Below are positions 51,858 to 60,712 of a DNA stretch of 64,000 nt, piece by piece (positions within the stretch are counted from its first letter, which is position 1; each line of letters starts with the position of its first letter). The DNA is from an uncultured Pseudomonadota bacterium. GTDB lineage: Bacteria; Pseudomonadota; Alphaproteobacteria; JACZXZ01. The notes under the pieces were generated by a model. That model searched no databases. It had not been told where the DNA came from and saw only the letters and a list, made by a program, of their open reading frames with translations. The stretch covers positions 64,001-128,000 of the forward strand of contig CAVVLJ010000017.1 of assembly GCA_963749075.1 (NCBI GenBank), read 5' to 3'. The position numbers and the translations under genes were made by a program.

Positions 51858-54209
51858 ATGGCAAACGAGAGCAGCGACAAGCCCATGCCGGAGGCGGGAG
51901 GCGGCGCCGGCGAGCTGGTGCCCGCCCACCCGGAGCCGGGCGGAGTGGCGCTCGCCGACGCCAAGACGGCTGCCGTGGCCTTGCCCGAGGCGGCGGCAGG
52001 CGCTCCCGAGCCGGTGGAGGAGCTGCCCTGGATGCGCCCGGAGCCGCGCCTGCTGAGCTCCCGGGGCTTACTGCGGCTGTTGCGGCGGCGGCGGGTGATC
52101 ATTCTGGCCACGGCAGGGCTGGTGACCGTGCTCGCCGCCATCTACGCCTTCACCGCGACGGCGGTCTACCGTGCCGAGGCCAAGGTCATCATCGAGCCCG
52201 ACAAGAACGCGCCCGCCAACCTCCAGGGCCTGGTCCCGGGCGCGCAGCCCGATCTCACCGCCATCGACACCCAGGCGGCGGTCATCGCCTCCTCCGAGCT
52301 CGCCGCCAAGGCGGTCGAGCGGCTGCACCTCGCCGCCGACCCGCGCTTCAATCCGGCCCTCAGGAAGACGGGCGGCCTCCTAGGGGCCGCCGCCCGCGTC
52401 ATCGCCTGGCTCGAGGGCGGCGGCGGGAGCGCCGATTCTCCCGAGCTCGTCCGCGAGGCGGTGGTCAACAACTACCTCGCGGCGCTGCACGCCGTGCCGG
52501 ACGAGCGCTCGCGCGTCATCTCCGTGCTCTACAACTCCGCGAGCCCCGAATTGGCGGCGCGCGCCGCCAACACCGCGGCGGCGCTCTATGTCGAGCAGCC
52601 TCTCGCCGCCAGGGAGGCGGCCGAGGCGAAGAGCGCCGCGGCCGCCGGGCCCGGCCTCGCCGAGCTCGAGCAGCGGGTGGCGAAGGCCGAGCAGAAGCTC
52701 GCCGATTTCCAGCGCAGCGCCGCCAGCGCCCCGGTGGGCGGTACCGCCCTCTACGCCCAGCAGCTCGCGCGCGTCGACGACCAGCTCTCGCAAGTGCGCC
52801 TCGATCTGGCGGAAGCCAAGGCGCGCAGCGACCAGGCCCAGCAGATCCTCAATTCCCCCGACCGGGCCACGGCCTCCGACACCGCCATCGACACGCCGGC
52901 GGTGCAGGACCTGCGCCAGCAAGCGAGCAAGCTCGACGCCGAGCTCGCCCAGCTCCGGACCGAGTACCGCGACAGCTACCCCAAGGTGCAGGAGGCGCTT
53001 TCCCAGCAGAAAGACCTGCGCAACAAGATACGCGCCGAGCTCGCCCGCGCCGCGCAGGCGATCCGCAGCCAATACGATCTCGCCAAAGTGCGCGAGCAGA
53101 AGCTCGCGCAGGAAGAGGACCGCCTGCAAGGCCTGATGCGCCAGCAGCGCGACGCGGACGCCCAGAAGGCCGTGCTGCAGTCCGACGTGCAGACGAGCCG
53201 GGAGCTCTACCAGGCCATGCTGGCGCGCTTGAGCGGCGCGAAACCGGACGCCCAGACGACGGCGGCGCCGGTCGCGCGCGTGATCTCCCAGGCCTCCGTG
53301 CCGACCGTGCCCGCCTATCCGAAGAAGACCGAGATCGTCGGCATTGCCTTCATCCTCTCGCTCGTCCTCGGCCTCCTCGTGGCGCTCATCGCCGAGTATT
53401 TCGAGAGCGGCTTCCGCATGCGCTCCCAGCTCGAGGCGCGCACCGGGCTCGCCGTCCTCGGGCTCGTGCCGACCGTGCCGAAGTCGGGCAAGCACTCGGG
53501 ACCGCCTCACTTGTGGGCGCTCGCCGAGCCGAACTCGACCTATGGCGAGGCGATCCGCGCGCTGCGCTCGGCCCTCCTGCAGCCGCGCGGCGGCTACCGG
53601 CCGCGCGTCATCATGGTCACCTCCTCCGTGCCGGGCGAGGGCAAGACCTCGACCGCCGTCTCCATCGCCACCACGGCGGCGCGCGCCAAGCTCAGGACCG
53701 TCATCGTCGAGTGCGACGTGCTGCGGCCCTCGCTCTACAAGGCGCTCGAGTGCGCGATCGGCCCCGGTCTCGGCGACTATCTCGCGGGGCGGGCGACCAT
53801 CGAGGAGATCGTGCGCGTGGACCGCACCTCGGGCGCCCATTTCATCACCGCGGGCGAGCCCGTGCCGAACGCCAGCGACCTTCTCGACAGCGACGGCCTC
53901 AAGCTCCTGGTGAGCGGCATGCGCGAGGTCTACGACCTCGTCGTCATCGATTCGCCGCCCGTGCTCGCGGTCTCGGACACGGTCGTGGTGCAGCGCCTCG
54001 TCGACGAGACCATCTTCCTCGTGCGCTGGAAGAAGACGCCGCGCGAGATCGTCTATGCGGCACTGCGCCAGCTTGCCGAGAGCGGCGGCACCATCTCGGG
54101 CCTCGGGCTCACCCAGGTGGACATGCGCAAGCACGCGATCTACGAGTTCGGCAAGCACGCCGACAAATACTACAGCGCCTACCGCAGCTACCATTCCGAC
54201 GCCGCCTGA
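51858..54209 (+). CDS. Wzc/GumC polysaccharide co-polymerase with tyrosine kinase domain
   Basis: Two TM helices flanking a coiled coil; PGEGKT, IDSPP and a C-terminal Tyr cluster (KYYSAYRSY). Confidence 0.9.
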   Translation: MANESSDKPMPEAGGGAGELVPAHPEPGGVALADAKTAAVALPEAAAGAPEPVEELPWMRPEPRLLSSRGLLRLLRRRRVIILATAGLVTVLAAIYAFTATAVYRAEAKVIIEPDKNAPANLQGLVPGAQPDLTAIDTQAAVIASSELAAKAVERLHLAADPRFNPALRKTGGLLGAAARVIAWLEGGGGSADSPELVREAVVNNYLAALHAVPDERSRVISVLYNSASPELAARAANTAAALYVEQPLAAREAAEAKSAAAAGPGLAELEQRVAKAEQKLADFQRSAASAPVGGTALYAQQLARVDDQLSQVRLDLAEAKARSDQAQQILNSPDRATASDTAIDTPAVQDLRQQASKLDAELAQLRTEYRDSYPKVQEALSQQKDLRNKIRAELARAAQAIRSQYDLAKVREQKLAQEEDRLQGLMRQQRDADAQKAVLQSDVQTSRELYQAMLARLSGAKPDAQTTAAPVARVISQASVPTVPAYPKKTEIVGIAFILSLVLGLLVALIAEYFESGFRMRSQLEARTGLAVLGLVPTVPKSGKHSGPPHLWALAEPNSTYGEAIRALRSALLQPRGGYRPRVIMVTSSVPGEGKTSTAVSIATTAARAKLRTVIVECDVLRPSLYKALECAIGPGLGDYLAGRATIEEIVRVDRTSGAHFITAGEPVPNASDLLDSDGLKLLVSGMREVYDLVVIDSPPVLAVSDTVVVQRLVDETIFLVRWKKTPREIVYAALRQLAESGGTISGLGLTQVDMRKHAIYEFGKHADKYYSAYRSYHSDAA

Positions 54210-54263
54210 GCGCCCCGCGGCGCCGATCTCCGTCCAGCAGCTCTGCCGCCAAGGAGCCGGACC

Positions 54264-55241
54264 ATGAGCTCGCAGCCCCAGCTCCTCTATCTCTCCCACG
54301 CAAGCGTGAGGGAGAGCGGCCTCTCGCTCGCCGAGGTCGAGGCGGCGGTCGAGGGGGCGTTCCGCGCGAAGGCGGCGGGAGATGCCACGCTGCCGCCCAA
54401 GACGGGCTTCCATCCGACGCCGGCGAGCGCCTTCTTCTATCCCATGCCCGGAGCGCTCCACAGCCCGCCGGTGGCCGGACTCAAATGGGTCTCGGTGGGA
54501 AACGGCAACGCGGCCCTCGGGCTGCCGAGCATCACGGGCATCGTCGTGCTTGCCGACCTCGCGACGGGCGTGCCGACGGCGATCGTCGAGGGCGGCTGGA
54601 TCACCGAGGTGCGCACGGCGGCCGTGAGCGCCCTTGCGGCGCGTGAGCTCGCCCGCAAGGCGGCGCGGCGCATCGGCTTCGTCGCCTGCGGCGTCCAGGC
54701 GCGCAGCCATTTTGCCGCACTCAAGCGGCACTTCACGCTGGACGAGGCCGTGGCCTATAGCCGCAGCCGTGCCACCGCCGAGGCCTTCGCGGCCGAGCTC
54801 GCGGCGCAAGGCATCGCCGCGCGCGCGGCCCGCGACCCGCGCCAGGCCGTCGCCGGCATGGACATCGTGGTGACGAGCGTGCCGCCCAAGCCGGGACCGC
54901 ACGGTTTCCTCGACGCGGACTGGCTCGAGCCCGGTGCCTTCGCCTCCCTCGTCGACCTCGGCCGCTCGTGGCAGGCGGACGGCTTTCAGCGCCTGGACCG
55001 CATCGTCACCGACGACGTTCCTCAGGCCGAGAGCGTCGCCAAGGCGAGTGCCCTGCCCTTTGCCGGGCCGTTCGATGCCGAGCTCGGCGAGATTCTCGCG
55101 GGCCGGGCGCCCGCGCGCGAGGACGATGACGAGCGCATCGTGTTCATCGGCCACGGCATCGCCCTCGCCGACCTGGCGCTCGCGCACGCCATCCGCGAGC
55201 GCGCCATCGCCCGCGATCTCGGCGTGTGGCTGCCGCTCTGA
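54264..55241 (+). CDS. Ornithine cyclodeaminase / mu-crystallin family protein
   Basis: GLKW, ITEVRTAAVSA, CGVQARSH and GIALADLA motifs. Confidence 0.9.
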   Translation: MSSQPQLLYLSHASVRESGLSLAEVEAAVEGAFRAKAAGDATLPPKTGFHPTPASAFFYPMPGALHSPPVAGLKWVSVGNGNAALGLPSITGIVVLADLATGVPTAIVEGGWITEVRTAAVSALAARELARKAARRIGFVACGVQARSHFAALKRHFTLDEAVAYSRSRATAEAFAAELAAQGIAARAARDPRQAVAGMDIVVTSVPPKPGPHGFLDADWLEPGAFASLVDLGRSWQADGFQRLDRIVTDDVPQAESVAKASALPFAGPFDAELGEILAGRAPAREDDDERIVFIGHGIALADLALAHAIRERAIARDLGVWLPL

Positions 55242-55342
55242 GCGTCCCGGCCGGCCGCAGCCGATCGCAAACGCCGCTCCCAAAGGCCGCAGCGATGAAG
55301 TAATCTCCCGCGCGCTCCTTGGGCCGCGCGCGGAGACGGGCC

Positions 55343-56314
55343 ATGAACGACGACCGGCCGCCCCAGGCCGCGGGTTGGCAGCTTCCCTCGCCCGGCCGGC
55401 CGAGGGTGGCGGTGCTCGTCCCCTGCCTCGACGAGGCGCGTGCCATCGCCGCGGTCGTCTTAGGCTTCCGCGCGGCGCTGCCCGAGGCGGCCGTCTATGT
55501 CTACGACAACGGTTCGGCGGACGCTACGGCGGCCCTGGCCACGGCAGCGGGCGCCCTGGTCAGGAGCGAGCCGCGGCGCGGCAAGGGCAACGTCGTGCGC
55601 CGCATGTTCGCCGACGTGGAGGCCGAGGTCTATGTGCTGGTCGACGGCGACGGCACCTATGACGCACCCTCGGCGCCGGCGATGATCGCGGAATTGCTGG
55701 CGGCGCAGCTCGACATGGTCGTGGGCTCCCGCCTGTCGCGCGAGAGCGACGCCTATCGGGCGGGCCACCGCTTCGGCAACAGAGCGCTCACCCGGGTCGT
55801 GGCGGCTCTTTTCGGCACCGGCTTCGACGACGTGCTGTCGGGCTACCGGGTGCTCTCGCGGCGCTTCGTCAAGTCCTTTCCGGCGCTGAGCCACGGCTTC
55901 GAGATCGAAGCCGAGCTCGCCATCCACGCCCTCGCGCTCGGCATGCCGACCGCGGAGATGCCGACGCCCTATGGCGCGCGGCCCGCCGGCTCCGCGAGCA
56001 AGCTCAGGACCTACCGCGACGGCGCGCGCATCCTCCTCGCCATTCTCCGCCTGGTCAAGGAGGAGCGCCCGCTGCTTTTCTTCTCGAGCGTTTGCGCGCT
56101 GCTTGCGGCGGCCTCGCTGGTCATCGCCTATCCCCTCGCCGCGACCTATCTCGAGACCGGCCTGGTGCCGCGCATCCCCACGGCGGTGCTGTGCACGGGG
56201 CTGATGATCCTCGCCTTCTTGAGCCTCGCCTGCGGCTTCATCCTCGACACGGTCACGCGCGGCCGGCGCGAGATGAAGCGCCTCGCCTATCTGGCAAATC
56301 CCCCGGCCGGGTGA
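55343..56314 (+). CDS. GT2 glycosyltransferase (DPM1/GtrB-like, two C-terminal TM helices)
   Basis: VPCLDE, YDNGSAD, GKG, DGDGTY and GFEIE motifs. Confidence 0.92.
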   Translation: MNDDRPPQAAGWQLPSPGRPRVAVLVPCLDEARAIAAVVLGFRAALPEAAVYVYDNGSADATAALATAAGALVRSEPRRGKGNVVRRMFADVEAEVYVLVDGDGTYDAPSAPAMIAELLAAQLDMVVGSRLSRESDAYRAGHRFGNRALTRVVAALFGTGFDDVLSGYRVLSRRFVKSFPALSHGFEIEAELAIHALALGMPTAEMPTPYGARPAGSASKLRTYRDGARILLAILRLVKEERPLLFFSSVCALLAAASLVIAYPLAATYLETGLVPRIPTAVLCTGLMILAFLSLACGFILDTVTRGRREMKRLAYLANPPAG

Positions 56315-56327
56315 AGCTGTGCGGCGC

Positions 56328-56969
56328 TCAGGCCGCGGGCGCCTGCCGGAGGCGCGCCGCGGCCAGCCAGCCGGCCAGGAGAACGAGGAGGCACGCGGGC
56401 ACCGCCAGCGGGACGCGAAGGCCGTCGAAGACGGCGACCTCGAGTGCTGCACCCGAGCCGTAGCAGAGCCAGGTCACGACGAAGATGAGCCGCGGCGGCG
56501 CTCCCGCCGGCGTTTCCGTAGCACCCCGCCGCGGCCACAGCCCGTCGACGAGGCCGCTCGCGAGGCGGCAAACGGTCGAGGTGATGACCACCGTGTTGAG
56601 GCTCGTGCCGGCGAATAGGGTGAAGCTCGCCCCCTGCATCCCCATGCCGATGGCGAGGACCGCGAGCTCGGCCGGTGCTGCGAGCGGCCAGAACGACGCG
56701 AACAGCAGCAGGGCCGCCTGGGCGAGGAGCGGCAGCCAGTCCGCCCGCGCAAGCGCCCGCTTGAGAAGGCTCGCGGCAAGCGCACCCGCGAAGAAGGCGG
56801 CAAGGGTGAGCGCATAGATGGCCGCACGCCGCCAGGCGCCCTCGGCCAGCACGATCGCCAGCAGAACCGTATTGCCCGTCATGTTGGCGGCGAATACGCT
56901 GCCGAGCCTGAGATAGCCCAGCGCATCGACGTAGCCCGCAATGGCGCAAAGGAGTGCCGCTTGCCACAT
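56328..56969 (-). CDS. YoaK/DUF1275 membrane protein
   Basis: AGYVDA, FAANMTGN and MGMQ motifs. Confidence 0.88.
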   Translation of the reverse strand: MWQAALLCAIAGYVDALGYLRLGSVFAANMTGNTVLLAIVLAEGAWRRAAIYALTLAAFFAGALAASLLKRALARADWLPLLAQAALLLFASFWPLAAPAELAVLAIGMGMQGASFTLFAGTSLNTVVITSTVCRLASGLVDGLWPRRGATETPAGAPPRLIFVVTWLCYGSGAALEVAVFDGLRVPLAVPACLLVLLAGWLAAARLRQAPAA

Positions 56970-57061
56970 GGTGCCCGATTGACCGTCTCCGCCTCTCCGT
57001 CTCCGCCTCTAGCATTTCAGGCGCGGCATTGTCACCTCCGCGATTTGCCGGGGACGCCGCG

Positions 57062-57883
57062 ATGAGGCACGTCCGGGCACGGCTGGCCGCGCTCGCGATC
57101 GCGCTCTCGCTCGCCCCGGGGCTCTCGGTGGGGATCGCCACGGACGCCCGCGCGGAGGCCGGCCTCCGCGGCTATCCCTGGAGCGCCATCGGCCGGCTCG
57201 ACCGCGCGATCGGCGGCTATTGCACGGGCGTGCTGATCGGCCGGCGCGTGGTGCTGACGGCGGCCCATTGCCTCTTCGACCGCTTCGCACGGCGCTGGGT
57301 GGCACCGACCTCGCTCGTCTTCACGCCGGGGCTCGGCACGCCCTTCCGCGGGCCGCGCGCGATCGGGCGGGATTATATCGTGGGGCCGGGGTTCAATCCG
57401 CTGGTGCGGCCGAGCCCCGGGTCGGAGGGCAGCGACGTGGCCCTGCTGCTGCTCGCCGAGGGGATCGGCGACGAGGCCGGCTTCCTCTCCTGGCTGCCGG
57501 GCCCGGAAGCCGCGACGGCGCTCGTCGGTCCCGCGGGGGCGGCGCTCGTCGAGGCGGGATATGCGCGCAACCACGCGGGAAACCTCACCGTGCGCTCGAA
57601 TTGCCGGGTGCTCGACTATCGCCGCGGCGAGAGCCTCTTCCTCCATGACTGCGTCTCGCTCAAGGGCGAGTCGGGAGCGCCGGTGCTGGCGCTCCTGGGC
57701 GGGCAATACCGCGTCATCGGCATCGAGATCGGCATCGCCCACGGCGTGCACGACGAATGGGGTGCCGCGGCGACGCTCGAGGCGCTCGCGCGCATGCTCC
57801 CCGACCGCAGCGGCCGCCTGGGGCCTCCCTCCGATCTGGAGGTCTGGGGAGATCCGCGGCGGCGCATCCCGCCGGCGCGATAG
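57062..57883 (+). CDS. Secreted trypsin-like (V8-like) serine protease
   Basis: Signal peptide; YPWSAIG, TAAHC, SDVALL and GESGAP. Confidence 0.9.
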   Translation: MRHVRARLAALAIALSLAPGLSVGIATDARAEAGLRGYPWSAIGRLDRAIGGYCTGVLIGRRVVLTAAHCLFDRFARRWVAPTSLVFTPGLGTPFRGPRAIGRDYIVGPGFNPLVRPSPGSEGSDVALLLLAEGIGDEAGFLSWLPGPEAATALVGPAGAALVEAGYARNHAGNLTVRSNCRVLDYRRGESLFLHDCVSLKGESGAPVLALLGGQYRVIGIEIGIAHGVHDEWGAAATLEALARMLPDRSGRLGPPSDLEVWGDPRRRIPPAR

Positions 57884-57889
57884 CGCGCC

Positions 57890-59725
57890 TCAATCGGGCG
57901 CGAAGTCGCCCTTGTAGTCGCGCTTGAGCGCCGGGTCCTGCTCGCCCTTCGCGAGATAGAGGTTGCCGATGGCGAGCGCCTCGAGCCCGGTGCCCATGAA
58001 GCAGCGGAAGGCATCCTCGGGCGTTGCGACGATCGGCTCGCCGCGCACGTTGAAGCTCGTATTGACCAGCACGGGGCAGCCCGTCCTCGCCTTGAAGGCC
58101 TTAAGGAGCGCCTGGAAGCGCGGGTTGGTCTCGCCGTGCACGGTCTGGATGCGCGCCGAGTAGTCGACATGGGTCACGGCCGGAATGTCGGAGCGCGGCA
58201 CCTTGAGCTTCTCGATGCCGAAGAGGGCCGCCTCCTCAGCCGTCATGGCCCGGCGCCGCCGCTCGGCCACGTCCGCCACCAGCAGCATGTAGGGGCTGTC
58301 TCCCTCGAGCTCGAACCAGTCGGCGGCATCCTCGCGCAGCACCGCGGGTGCGAAGGGGCGGAAGGATTCCCGGTACTTGACCTTGAGGTTGAGCGCCGAT
58401 TGCATGGCGGGCGAGCGCGCGTCAGCTAAGATCGAGCGGTTGCCGAGCGCGCGCGGGCCGAATTCCATGCGGCCCTGGAACCAGCCGAGCGCCTTGCCTT
58501 GGGCGAGATCGTCGACCGCGCGCGCGAAGAGGCCGCTGTCGTCGAGCTGCGCGAAGCGGGCGCCGGCGCGCTTCAGTCGCCCGGCGCTCTCCTCGTCCGC
58601 AAAGGCGGGGCCGAGATAGGAGCCGCTCATGCCGTCGAGCCGGTTGGCAATGTCGCGCGCTCCACCCTTGTGGATGTGATAGGCGGCGAGTGCAGCGCCG
58701 AGGGCGCCGCCGGCGTCGCCCGCCGCAGGCTGCACCCAGATGCGCTTGAACTTGCCGTCGCGCTTTAGCTTGCCGTTGGCGACGCAATTGAGGGCGACGC
58801 CGCCGGCAAGGCAGAGGTTCGCAGCACCCGTCTCGGCCGCGAGCGAGCGCGTGAGCCGCAGCACCGCCTCCTCGGTCACCGCCTGCACCGAGGCTGCGAG
58901 GTCCATGTGGCGCCGCTCGAGCGGCTCGTGGGGCTTGCGCGGCGGCCCGCCGAAGAGCGCATCGAAGCGCGGGCCCGTCATGCGGAGGCCGGTGCAATAG
59001 TCGAAGTAGGACTGGTCGAGCCGGAAGGTGCCGTCCGGCTTGAGGTCCATGAGGTACTCGAGAATCAGGCCCGCGTACTTCGGCTCGCCGTAGGGTGCCA
59101 GGCCCATCACCTTGTACTCGCCCGAGTTCACCTTGAAGCCGGTGTAATAGGTGAAGGCGGAATAGAGCAGGCCGAGCGAGTGGGGAAAGTGGATCTCCTT
59201 GATGGTCTCGAGCCGGTTGCCGTGGCCGAGCGCCACCGAAGTCGTGGCCCACTCCCCCACCCCGTCCATGGTGAGGACCGCCGCCTCGGCGAAGGGCGAG
59301 GGGAAGAAGGCCGAGGCCGCGTGGCTCTGGTGATGCTCGCCGAAGAGCAGCCTCGCCGGCCAGTCGCAGCCGGGGGCCAGCTTGGCGAGCTCGTCGCGCA
59401 GCAGCTGCTTCTGGAAGAGCTTCTCGCGCAGCCACAGCGGGATCGCCATGCGAAAGGAGCGGAAGCCGCGGGGGGCCAGCGCGAGATAGGTCTCGAGCAG
59501 GCGCTCGAACTTGAGGAAGGGTTTGTCGTAGAAGACCACGTGGTCGACCGCGTCGAGTGCTATGCCGCCGGCAGCGAGGCAATAGGCGAGCGCCGCGCGC
59601 GGGAAGCGGGCGTCGTGCTTGACGCGCGAGAAGCGCTCCTCCTGGGCCGCCGCCACGATGCGGCCGTCCTCGACGAGGGCGGCGGCGCTGTCGTGATAGA
59701 AGGCCGAGATGCCGAGGATGCGCAA
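57890..59725 (-). CDS. Carbamoyltransferase (NodU/CmcH/SxtI family)
   Basis: HDSAAAL, EHHQSHAASAF, EYKVMGLAPYG, EFGPRALGNRS and NTSFN motifs. Confidence 0.95.
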   Translation of the reverse strand: MRILGISAFYHDSAAALVEDGRIVAAAQEERFSRVKHDARFPRAALAYCLAAGGIALDAVDHVVFYDKPFLKFERLLETYLALAPRGFRSFRMAIPLWLREKLFQKQLLRDELAKLAPGCDWPARLLFGEHHQSHAASAFFPSPFAEAAVLTMDGVGEWATTSVALGHGNRLETIKEIHFPHSLGLLYSAFTYYTGFKVNSGEYKVMGLAPYGEPKYAGLILEYLMDLKPDGTFRLDQSYFDYCTGLRMTGPRFDALFGGPPRKPHEPLERRHMDLAASVQAVTEEAVLRLTRSLAAETGAANLCLAGGVALNCVANGKLKRDGKFKRIWVQPAAGDAGGALGAALAAYHIHKGGARDIANRLDGMSGSYLGPAFADEESAGRLKRAGARFAQLDDSGLFARAVDDLAQGKALGWFQGRMEFGPRALGNRSILADARSPAMQSALNLKVKYRESFRPFAPAVLREDAADWFELEGDSPYMLLVADVAERRRRAMTAEEAALFGIEKLKVPRSDIPAVTHVDYSARIQTVHGETNPRFQALLKAFKARTGCPVLVNTSFNVRGEPIVATPEDAFRCFMGTGLEALAIGNLYLAKGEQDPALKRDYKGDFAPD

Positions 59726-59739
59726 GGAAGAGCCGCCGC

Positions 59740-59892
59740 TCAGAAGATGGCGTAGACGAAGGGCGCCACCACGCTGCCCTTGGTCAGCAGGATGAGCGAG
59801 CCCATGAGCACCATCATGATGAAGATGGGCAGCAGCCAGTACTTCTTGCGCACCCTGAGGAACGTCCAGAACTCGCCGAGGATCGACAGCAT
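59740..59892 (-). CDS. DUF5989 / SxtK-like small membrane protein
   Basis: Manual translation MLSILGEFWTFLRVRKKYWLLPIFIMMVLMGSLILLTKGSVVAPFVYAIF*. Missed by the ORF track. Confidence 0.9.
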   Translation of the reverse strand: MLSILGEFWTFLRVRKKYWLLPIFIMMVLMGSLILLTKGSVVAPFVYAIF

Positions 59893-59900
59893 GGGCGGAT

Positions 59901-60338
59901 TCAGAACTGGTTCTTCATCGATTCGGGCGGCGGTCCGGGCGGCTCGCGCATGATCCAGTAGCTCGCCGCGTCAGGCTCGCAGCGCAGCCTCAGCGGATCC
60001 TTGCCGCAGGCGCGCATGAGGAGCCCGAGCGGCGTCATGACCGCGTAGAAGAGGAGGGCCAGGGCGAGCGGGCTCGTCACGCGGTAGAGCAGGAGCCCAA
60101 GCTTGAGCCACAGGCGGTTGAGCGGGCGCAGCGCCGCCGGCCACAGCAGCGCCAGCGCCACCAGCAGGGCGGAAAGTGCCAGCGCCCACCAGCGCACGCC
60201 GGCCCCCTCCCTCCTCAAGAGCGGCGCCAGCGCCACGACCGCCAAGGCGCCGGCCATGACCAGGCCGAAGACGCGGTCGGACGACCCCTTGACCTCCTCC
60301 TCGCGCGCGAAATCCTCGTGCATGCCGCGGTCTCCCAT
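59901..60338 (-). CDS. SxtJ family membrane protein
   Basis: SDRVFG, W..LG..L, TPLG..MR..GKDPL, SYWI and QF end. Confidence 0.88.
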   Translation of the reverse strand: MGDRGMHEDFAREEEVKGSSDRVFGLVMAGALAVVALAPLLRREGAGVRWWALALSALLVALALLWPAALRPLNRLWLKLGLLLYRVTSPLALALLFYAVMTPLGLLMRACGKDPLRLRCEPDAASYWIMREPPGPPPESMKNQF

Positions 60339-60415
60339 CGACCCGTCGCCGGGGACCCGCAACCTAGCCCGTTCATAGGGTTGACGAAAGCAAAAGCTGG
60401 CGCGTCGGCAGAGCG

Positions 60416-60637
60416 TCACTGCAGGGGAACGGCGGGCCTGTCGCCCTTGGGAAAGCATTGCACGATCGTCACGAAATTGCCGCCCAGGCGATATTTGGGG
60501 ATCTGCGCGACCACCGCGCGCTGCGCCGTCTGGCAGGCGTCCAAGCTATTGAACTCGGTCGAGAGGGCGGCACCTCCGCCGCCGTTGCCGCCGAGCCCGC
60601 CGGCCAGAATGACGATCAAGACGTAGAGTCCGGACAT
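60416..60637 (-). CDS. Small secreted/membrane hypothetical protein with two Cys
   Basis: Strong SD (GGAGAG), N-terminal hydrophobic stretch, EFNSLDAC...QC pattern. Confidence 0.65.
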   Translation of the reverse strand: MSGLYVLIVILAGGLGGNGGGGAALSTEFNSLDACQTAQRAVVAQIPKYRLGGNFVTIVQCFPKGDRPAVPLQ

Positions 60638-60712
60638 AACTCTCTCCCTTGGCTCTCCCTTGGCGACGGCGCCGGCTCGGCAGGCATCGATTCTCGGCGG
60701 CGGCCAGGCACC

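Noticed and set aside
57890-60338. Saxitoxin or Nod-factor biosynthesis
   Set aside because: No sxtA/sxtG or nodABC in the window. The cassette alone is widespread.
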